From Octopus bimaculoides (Eukaryota): a stretch of DNA of 64,000 nt. The stretch spans positions 2,985,234-3,049,233 of the forward strand of contig NC_068987.1 in assembly GCF_001194135.2 (NCBI RefSeq), read 5' to 3'. The notes below the pieces were generated by a model that did not search any database, was not told the origin of the DNA, and saw nothing but the letters and a program-made list of their open reading frames with translations. Each line of letters opens with the position of its first letter. Position 1 is the stretch's first letter. Shown one piece after another: positions 54,223-64,000 of this stretch. Position numbers and translations under genes: made by a program.

Positions 54223-56406
54223 TTGTATGTATGTATTATACATGCACTTTTAACCAGCTGAAATAGCTGTTAAAATGTCAAACTTCTCAAGACCAGTCAA
54301 ACTTGTAAAAATTATAGAAAATATTTTGCTCTATTAAATGTAAACAGTGACACCATAGTGCTTTGTTGTATTTCAATATATATATTTCTTTATTGCCTGC
54401 AGGAGGCTAAACATAGAGGGAACAAACAAGGACAGACAAAAGGATTAAGTCGATCTCATCGACCCAGTGTGTAACTGGTACTTGATTTAATCGACCCTGA
54501 AAGGATGAAAGGCAAAGTCGACCTCGGTGGGAGTTGGCATTGTTGAATGCTCAAAATACAAGACTAGAAAATCAGCCAACAACTGATGAAAGGTCGTTCT
54601 TTATGTTGTTTGAAAGTGTCTTTTTGTTGTTCGAAAGAATAGTTCATGTTCCATGCACTCGTGCTTCATACTTTTTTGTTGTACACGTTTCATGACGTCC
54701 TGTGCCCACATATGCAAACATATACGTATATATATATANNNNNNNNNNATATATATCAATATGTAATTATAAGATCTAAGTGTAGGAAGTTAGTAAGCTT
54801 CAAGCAGTCAATGATAGGTTTAAAAAAGCCTTCAGGAACAATAATAATTTATTGGTGTCTGTATTATGCAGATAAATTGATAGGTAGTAGACAGGCATAC
54901 AACACCCACCCACACATATGTATGTGGATGGGTGTTGTATATGCATATATGTATCTGTACACATATATGAATACAAGTATGTATATGTAAGTGTGTATGT
55001 ATATGTAAGTGTGTATATATATATATATATATATATATGCCCCTACTATCTATGTTTGGTATTTGCATGATGTCATTGAGAACATCAAGGTATTTATGGA
55101 ATAAATTGAAATTAGGACAAAGCTGTAGGCCATCAGAATGTTTAAATTACAACAGAAAATGTAGGAAGTTTGTTTCATTGTTGTGAAACAATGAAGTTGA
55201 CAGTGGTAGCAGCTAGGAAGGTCGGAGTGTGGGCGGGGTTATGGAGACAGGTAAAGTATGGGAGGAGTGGGGGGGAAAGGATAGCAGCAATTACACGTTG
55301 TGTGAGAGAAGACATGTTGTTGGTACAAGGGAGGAATGAGCCAAGGGAGAAGGTTGTTAATAAACAATATATATATATATATATACATACATACACATAT
55401 GTATATATATAAGTACATATATACATACACATATACATTAACACACACATATATATAGAAAGAGAGAGAGGGGGTAGCAGACAGAGATATGTTAGATGGA
55501 AAGGAGGCACCTGACATTTGAACCAGATCAGAAACAGTCCAACCATGACCATCATCCTGTTTTTCTTTCTAAGCTACTAATATCTAGAACTACATTTGTA
55601 TAATGTGTCATTCCAATTTTTAAATGTTATAGTGTGATACGAAAGAGATTTAACTGTTATTTCTAGCAATTTTTTTGATAATGTGATGTTTGCTTATCTT
55701 GGAAAGATTCACCGAGGGTAGCGGGTGGGAAATAATCAGTAGATCAGATTAAATCAGAAATATTATCAAATATTCACTGAGTTAATTTTGCCATTAACAG
55801 GTTAATGTGTCAGGATGATACACCTGAGGATGGTGAGAGAGCAGACTGATTGAAATGTTTGATAGAAAATATAAACATCAAAGTTGAGGCTTGGTTGTAT
55901 GGTAAGACACCTGTTTCCTAACTACACGGTTCCTGGTTAAGTCCCAAAGCTCTGTGAGTGGATTTGGAAGACAGAAACTGAAAGAAACCTGTTGTGTATT
56001 TATCTATTTATATAAAAATGAAAGAAAAATCATTAAGTAGAGGACATCACTGACGAACGAAAAATATGTAAACACATGAGAGACAAGTAGAAGACTATTT
56101 CCTCTTCAGTTGTTGACCGCTTATTACTACCTGTTTTGTGCTTTTAACAAGACAGGAAAACTTCATAAGACAACAACGTCCAGAAATTTTAAGAGTATAA
56201 AATTTATGGAGGGTTAGGTCTTTGAACAAACAAACGACACCATAGTGGACGTATAGAAATGATTGACAACAACAGCTTCACACCCCTTTCTTTATCACCC
56301 ACCGTATCTACCCCTATAAACTGCTGACCTTTGACTCTGTCACTGTGCACCCACCGACTTCCGATCACCTCCCTATTTCTCATCTGTCTAAGGTTTTGCT
56401 ATACAC

Positions 56407-57255
56407 TAGGTGCAATGTGTAAATTGTCGCCATTTTATATTTTTAATTTCATGCATGCGCATTGCAGATTTTGATTTTATCAACTACACAGTATAGTAGG
56501 GTCAGTTGGGCACCATCCGTGAGAAAAACAGCACCATGATGCAATTTACTCTGCCAGAAATTTGGAAATGACATGCTGTACTGCTTGGCATTCATGCCAG
56601 AAGCTCCAATATGGACATTTCAGAGTGTTTGGGTGTCAATTTGAGGACATGAACCAAGAGTGATAAAAATCAAACATCCAGTCAACATCATGGTGTTTGG
56701 AGTGAGCACTAGTGATGGCTACGTTACGCCTTCATTCATCTTCCTACACCACCTCACACTTAACACAGAGGCCAGATCAAGTGCCTGGAGAAGTTAGTGC
56801 TTCCCTGGGTGAAGAGGATGGCTGCTGGAAGACCCTGTGTTTGGTAACAGGACTCTGCACCGTGTCACACAAGCAGGAGAACCCAGTCATGGTTGTCAGA
56901 TAATTTCTGTGACCACATCACCCCTAATATCTGGTCACCTAACTCTCCACACTGCCACCCCCTCTGTTATTATATGTGGGGGCACAGTTCAGCGAGAGAC
57001 CAGCAAAACTCCTTGTAACACCGAAGATGAGCTGAAGACAAGGATTATGGCAGCATTCACCAACTTAAACAAGGAGACCATCCAGAAGAGTTGCAGGAGA
57101 TTCCAAAGTCGTCTGGAGGCCTTGGTTGAAGCCAATGGTGATTTTATTGAATAAATTTACTCTTTAGTATATTTTTATGTAATTTTGGTAAATATATTTG
57201 TTAAAATGAAATGTCTGTGTTATTTTCATTTTTGAGTAATTTAGACAATAATATA
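56407..57255 (+). mobile_element. Near end-to-end internally deleted maT/Tc1-mariner (DD37D-like) element
   Basis: Left TIR ta-ggtgcaatgtgtaaattgtc; N-terminal MMQFTLPEIW..HAVLLGIHA fused to KHPVNIMVFGV; QDSAPCHTS; YMWGTVQRE...RLEALVEANGDFIE*. Confidence 0.85.
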
Positions 57256-58915
57256 TATTTTAGAAAGGACATCGGACATCCATCCATAGAAACCATGCCA
57301 AAGCAGCGCTCTGATGTTGTCGAATCCTAATCAGACCATCCAACCTTTGTCAGCTTAGAAGACAGATGCTAAAGGATGATGACAATGTATGACCGGCTTC
57401 TTTCAGTTTCCATCAACAAAATTCTCTCGCAACTCTTTGGTCAGCCTTGTGTTTATTGTACAAGACATTTTGGTGTGTGTGCCCATGTGTGTAAAGATGT
57501 GTGTGTGTTTATGAGCATTGGTGCAATGAGTGTTTCTATGTGTGCATATAGGAAAACAGATAAGCATCCTGATCATTGAGTATGATGTTGTTGTTGTTGT
57601 TGTTCTTGGTGGTGGTGGTGGTGGTCAGTGTTGTGATGAGGTGAACAGAGTAAGAAGTTGTACCTGTAATTAGTACGGTGCACACTGTAGTTCAGTGTAA
57701 TTAATTATTAGTACAGTAGCATGCGGTGGTTGTGGGTTGGTAGCTGTGCTGTGGTGATGGTNNNNNNNNNNNNNNNNNNNNNNNNNNNNNNNNNNNNNNN
57801 NNNNNNNNNNNNNNNNNNNNNNNNNNNNNNNNNNNNNNNNNNNNNNNNNNNNNNNNNNNNNNNNNNNNNNNNNNNNNNNNNNNNNNNNNNNNNNNNNNNN
57901 NNNNNNNNNNNNNNNNNNNNNNNNNNNNNNNNNNNNNNNNNNNNNNNNNNNNNNNNNNNNNNNNNNNNNNNNNNNNNNNNNNNNNNNNNNNNNNNNNNNN
58001 NNNNNNNNNNNNNNNNNNNNNNNNNNNNNNNNNNNNNNNNNNNNNNNNNNNNNNNNNNNNNNNNNNNNNNNNNNNNNNNNNNNNNNNNNNNNNNNNNNNN
58101 NNNNNNNNNNNNNNNNNNNNNNNNNNNNNNNNNNNNNNNNNNNNNNNNNNNNNNNNNNNNNNNNNNNNNNNNNNNNNNNNNNNNNNNNNNNNNNNNNNNN
58201 NNNNNNNNNNNNNNNNNNNNNNNNNNNNNNNNNNNNNNNNNNNNNNNNNNNNNNNNNNNNNNNNNNNNNNNNNNNNNNNNNNNNNNNNNNNNNNNNNNNN
58301 NNNNNNNNNNNNNNNNNNNNNNNNNNNNNNNNNNNNNNGTGGTGGTGGTGGTGGCGGCGGCGGTGGTGGTGGTGCTGGTGGTGGTAGTGGTGAGAGGAAG
58401 CACTTCATTTCCCACACCCCTGCCACCCACTCCCACATGAAAAGACACACCCACAACTGTCTGTGTGCTGCAGGGAGAGACACTGAATGTCTTCAATGCT
58501 CTCTGCATGGAGGAGAGAGAGAGAGTCAGGTCTTGGTTGTTGTGTCCCAAATATTGACCTGTTTACTATCTCTGTGTCCACCCACCTCATCCAAATGACC
58601 AACAGAACAACGATCATCTGCTGTTACACAGGATATGACTAAGTCAAATAGGTGTCTATATATTGATTAGAGATGAGATCAGGCATGGTATTTAACCCAA
58701 CACACACACACATAAAATGTGGTGGTGAAGCCAACACACGTTAGTAAAAACAGTCTTCCATACTTTGTGAGGTCTGTGACATCTGATGATAACACGAATA
58801 TTTTAACATATTTTATCATCTCTCTTTATTGGTATTAATATATAACATGTACATAACACGTATGTGTGTGTGTATATATATATAGGCTATAGGATATATC
58901 CTATATATATATATA

Positions 58916-58964
<49 letters not shown>

Positions 58965-60655
58965 NNNNNNNNNNNNNNNNNNNNNNNNNNNNNNNNNNNN
59001 NNNNNNNNNNNNNNNNNNNNNNNNNNNNNNNNNNNNNNNNNNNNNNNNNNNNNNNNNNNNNNNNNNNNNNNNNNNNNNNNNNNNNNNNNNNNNNNNNNNN
59101 NNNNNNNNNNNNNNNNNNNNNNNNNNNNNNNNNNNNNNNNNNNNNNNNNNNNNNNNNNNNNNNNNNNNNNNNNNNNNNNNNNNNNNNNNNNNNNNNNNNN
59201 NNNNNNNNNNNNNNNNNNNNNNNNNNNNNNNNNNNNNNNNNNNNNNNNNNNNNNNNNNNNNNNNNNNNNNNNNNNNNNNNNNNNNNNNNNNNNNNNNNNN
59301 NNNNNNNNNNNNNNNTATATATAGACATGAGCAAAAGTATGTGTGGGAAACTGAAGGCCCCTTCAGAACCTGCTTTAACAACATCCCAGAGAGATGCAAC
59401 TCCACAACCCTAGCCAAGCACTGTATCATCTCACCAATGTACTACAGGTGTAAATTACACACACACTGGACTGGACTGGACTGGACTGGACTGGTTAACC
59501 CATGATTATATTTGAGGACACCAGCTGGCGACATACAGTGAGATTGAACACCTAACCAATAGATTCCACAGCAAACTTCTTAACCACACAGCCACACCTA
59601 CAACTAAATCTGTTGAATACAATAAATTGTATTTGACAGATTAAATTAATACATTTCTAAATCAAGTTCTGTTCGTTATTTGTTAATCCACTTAAAATTT
59701 TTTTAATATATATGCTATGTATGCATGTATTGTTAGGCACTTGTAAGTATATATATGTGTGTGTGTGTGCATATACAGTACCAGAACAAATATCCAGTAA
59801 ACTTAGAACCACAAGTGGCTCAGATTTCTAGATTTTCCAGTTTCCTGGAGAAAGCCTAACTATATACTTATATAAAATAAACTATGGAAAATAAATTGTA
59901 TTTGACAGATTTAAATTAATACATTTCTATTGCAGGGTATGTTTGATGTCTGTTAATCCACTTAAAATTTTTTAAATATATTCTACTGTACCACGAATAT
60001 AGTATAATGTTTACAGGAAGGAAATTAAACAAAGAAAAGTAAAGAACATGATTTTATTTAACAAATATAAGAACAATTTAATGCAATTTTGATGCTGAGT
60101 ATGTTTTTAATCTTTGTCAATCCACCGAAAAAAGAAAAAAAGCAATGAACAAAACTGTTTTTAATAGATTGTATGCAGATTAACCAACTTCAAAAACTGG
60201 GTCTAGGAACTCAGTACAGGTCACAGCAAATTGCACAGGTATTGTTGTAGTATTACTGGATTTCTGGAAATTCCAGATTTCTAGAATCTGAATAATTGGT
60301 CTGTTAATGTATTTATGTTTGTTTCTTTATTTCTTATTTTGATTTATAGTTTTGGTCAGAAATGAAAATGTGTTTATTCAATGTAAAGTGTGAAATTTGA
60401 AAGATTCACACAGATTCAAGGAAACAGAAAAGAAGAGAAATGAGAAAGGAAAAGAAAAACAGTGGGGAGCAAGCAGTGGATGAAGGAGAGAAAGAGGGTG
60501 ACAGGCCACATATCCCAGAACATGTGGGGTACTCAGCCACGCCTTGCGGTACTGACTGCAATGGCATTGCTGCGGAGAATGGCTGTCATTTTATCAATGG
60601 ATTTGGTTTTGTCTGAGAATTGCTGAAAATAATGCACCACTTTGGATATTCATTC

Positions 60656-60711
60656 TTATATAGAGTGAAATGAGCGTCGGATCAAATGAAGGACTTGTTC
60701 AAAATACTCAC
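60656..60711 (-). CDS. Possible terminal coding exon of an unidentified minus-strand gene (GEYFEQVLHLIRRSFHSI*)
   Basis: Strong pyrimidine tract + ttcttcag acceptor on the minus strand, short open frame to TAA, unique UTR-like sequence, AATAAA at 60373-60378 (minus). No other exon found in the window. Confidence 0.35.
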
Positions 60712-62284
60712 CTGAAGAAACACAGAATAAAGAGTAGAGTAATGAAAGACATTGATAGATCATAAGTGGGACAAGTGAGGGAAGACAACAGTAATGAGAC
60801 ATTTAGAGGTCAGGTAACATGAGTAACAGGAGAGAGTGACAAGGGAGGGCAGTGTGACCCAGGTGTCAGAGTGAGGAGACCCAGGGGGGNNNNNNNNNNN
60901 NNNNNNNNNNNNNNNGGTGAAAAGGTGGAGCAGGAATATGTAATGGCACGGAGAATGAATTTGGAGATGACTGGCTGCACTGAAGGGTAAAAGGGGCGGG
61001 GCAGAAGATCGAACAGGGTGTGGCTTATTAAGGATGGTGGAAAACAGGTATTAAGGACAGGGTGGGGTGTAGAAGGAACAGGAACATGGTGACGCCCTCC
61101 TCCCCCTATAATGTAATCCTTTCTGCTATAGGCACAAAGCCTGAAATTTGGGAGGAGGGGGGATAGTCGATTACATCGACTCCAGTACGCAACTGGTACT
61201 TAATTTATCGACCCCCCAAAAAGGATGAAAGGCAAAGTCGACTTCAGTGGAATTTGAACTCAGAACGTAGGGACAGGCAAGATGCAGCTAAGCATTTCAT
61301 CCAGCATTCTAACAATTCTGCCAGCTCGCCCCCACCCCCACCCCATAATAATGGATGCTGACAAGAGGATGAGTGATAGGGAATTGAGAGAGTACTGGAC
61401 AGGAGAGGGTGAGGGATGAGGATGTTGGTAGGGGAATCTATAGCAATGGATTGATGAGGGTGAGAAAGAAGCTGGAGGTGGGGGAGATGAGAGGATGCCA
61501 AGGTGTGTGTGGTGGTAGGGGTTTGTCCCACCACCACTAGACAACTGGTGTTGGTTTGTTTACATCCTCACAGCTTTGTGGTTCAGCGAAAGAGAACTGG
61601 TAGAATAAGTACTAGATTTTTTAAAACATAAGTATCGGGGTCAAATTTGATTGAATGAAGCCCTTCAAGGTGGTGCTCCAGCACGGTCACACTCGAATCA
61701 CAGAAATACGTAACAGAGGTAAATAAAAACTCACAGCATTTATATGTCACCTGCTCATATCATACCTGTCCTTAATTACTTTCACAATAATGACAGCAAA
61801 TAATAATAATTCTGTCTCCAAGGTAACTGTACTAATCTTACACCTACCAGTGCCTCTGCTGATAACTACTTTTATATATTCGCCATGCAGTGAAGTTCCA
61901 GTTTGTGACCTTCCCCCCTCCTCAGCACTTCTTTTATCTTCATTTCTGATATTAATTACATATCATTATTCAGTCCTCCCTTCCGTGTTCCTTCATAGTC
62001 GGAACCCAATGCAAGGGTTTCTGCTCTCATTAATTACATACATAAAGGTGGTGAGCTGGCAGAATTGTTAGCACGCCAGGAAAAAATGCTTCGCAGCATT
62101 TTGTCCATCTTCACTTTCTGAGTTCAAATTCTGCTGAGGCGACTTTGCCTTTCATCCTTTCGGGGTCGATTAAGTAAGTACCAGTGAAACACGGGCCAAT
62201 GTAATTGACTAGTCCCCTCCCCACAAAAATCCAGGCCTTGTGCTTATAGTAGAAAGCATTATTATTATTGTTATTATTATTATT

Positions 62285-62343
<59 letters not shown>

Positions 62344-62449
62344 GGTAGTGAGCTGGCAGAATCATTAGCATGCCGGGCAAAATGCTAAGTGGTATTTCAT
62401 TTATATTATTTAGGTTATTTACATTTGATGGATATTTGTCCTATGGTGG

Positions 62450-63190
62450 TTATTTTGTAATAGTTTTCTAGCTGTATAAGGCCTCAACCACTTTCGATAC
62501 GTTGCATATATAACCTTTCTATGTCAGATTTTGGGTTGTGCATTCTAAATCCTGTCCTTATTTTTCTTGTTTTCCTGTCTATTTTGATTAGTTCATTTAG
62601 AGTCCAGTTAAAACTATTGTAGCTGTAACTTATAACTGCGACAGCTAGACTGTTGATACCTATTATTTTGTTTGTCGCATTGAGCTCTGTTTTCAGTATT
62701 AATCTAACTCATTTATAGTATTCTTTTCTTATCTTCTCTTTCATTAGTTGTGTGTTGTATCATATCTAGTTCATTGATTACTAATTATTTGTATGTCTGG
62801 CTTTGGTCTAAATCATTTGTTTTATCTAGTGTGATGTTGCTACTCTTAACTAATTTTCCTCTTTTCAAGGTTGCTTTGGCACATTTTTCTAAGTTAAATT
62901 TCATGTTTATTTCTCTGTACTGTCAATAGTAATGTTTCCAGCTGTTTATCATTTGTAGCGTATAGTTTTAGGTGATCCATATATAAGAGGGGGCTGATTG
63001 TTTTGCCATAACAGTTGTATCCACATCCAGTTCTGTTTATCATGTCAGATAAAGGTGGCAGTGCCAAGCAGAAAAGGAGTGGAGAGAGCATGTCTCCCTG
63101 GAATATTACTCTTCTAATGGGGATGGCTTTGGTTTTTATGAGTCCCTCTTTTGTCTGAAGCTGTAGCACGGCCTGCCATTTATTCATGGA
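62450..63190 (-). mobile_element. R4/Dong-like RT relic
   Basis: IFQGDMLSPLLFCLAL, LLYMDHLKLYA, MKFNLEKCAKATLKRG, NWTLNELIKIDRKTRK; stops present. Confidence 0.85.
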
Positions 63191-63207
63191 ATGTTTTATA
63201 TTTTATT

Positions 63208-63260
<53 letters not shown>

Positions 63261-63568
63261 TAAGGCCGTGAGCTGGCAGAATTGTTAGCACACCGAGTGA
63301 AATGCTTTGCAGTATTTCATGTCTTCATATTCTGAGTTCAAATCCTGCCAAGGTCGACTTTGCCTTTTATCTTTTCGGCATCAATGAAATAAATACCAGT
63401 TGCGTACTGAGGTTGATCTAACTGACTAGCTTCCTCTCCCAAAATGACTGGCCTTGTGCCAAAATTTGAAACCATTGAAACATACATAACTGGAACCTGG
63501 TGCAGCCTCCTGGCTTGCCAGTCCTCAGTCAAACCATCCAACCCATGCTAGCATGATAATGATGATCA

Positions 63569-63605
<37 letters not shown>

Positions 63606-64000
63606 GCTTCTTTCAGTTTCCATCTACCAAATCCACTCACATGCCTTGATTGACACTATTTTCCTTAGAAGAAATCTCAAAACAGCTTTCATTAAACCTC
63701 ATGTAATAATTGTATTAATTACTGATTTATATCTTAAAATCGTTCTTTATTATTTGTCATTTTAATGTTGTGCTACTTATTAAATTTGAGCTGTATTGTT
63801 AACATTGTCTAATGAATATCAAACCTTACGGTCTATTTGATGGCAGGAATGAGCTAATGTACGGCATAAATATTATATTTGATCACGTGTGCAAGAGTGG
63901 CTGTGTGGTAAGTAGCTTGCTTCCCAACCACATGGTTCCGGGTTCAGTCCCACTGCATGGCAGTTTCAGCAAGTGAGTATATGTGTGTGTGTGTGTACAA

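Noticed and set aside
3381-59505. Long ORFs in the track containing X runs or homopolymeric YI, HT, VC, N or M stretches
   Set aside because: They span N gaps or microsatellites and are not evidence of genes

Overview
Eukaryotic, AT-rich, intron-rich DNA with many N gaps, microsatellites and SINEs. The repeat landscape suggests an octopus or other coleoid cephalopod (inference). I reconstructed the genes by hand from splice sites and frame continuity. (1) The last 9 coding exons (+, 1944-13746, 472 aa visible) of a TRPM2-like channel: C-terminal coiled coil plus NUDT9-homology domain, with a degenerate Nudix box. (2) A core-2/I-branching beta-1,6-GlcNAc transferase (GCNT family, +, 17666-19036), probably with a 9-nt upstream coding exon, sitting between collinear Penelope-like element (PLE) fragments. 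(3) A complete 16-coding-exon NEK8 (+, 23077-53071, 678 aa; kinase plus RCC1 repeats) whose intron 5 is a GT-AG U12-type minor intron. (4) A possible terminal exon of an unidentified minus-strand gene near 60.7 kb. The rest is tRNA-derived SINEs, R4/Dong-, HERO-, RTE- and CR1/L2-like LINE relics, PLE relics, maT/Tc1-mariner, hAT and piggyBac non-autonomous elements, a young foldback element and mini/microsatellites. No CRISPR array, rRNA or true tRNA gene is supported. Exon coordinates were counted base by base; repeat boundaries are approximate (about +/-20 bp). Family assignments rest on remembered motifs, not database searches.
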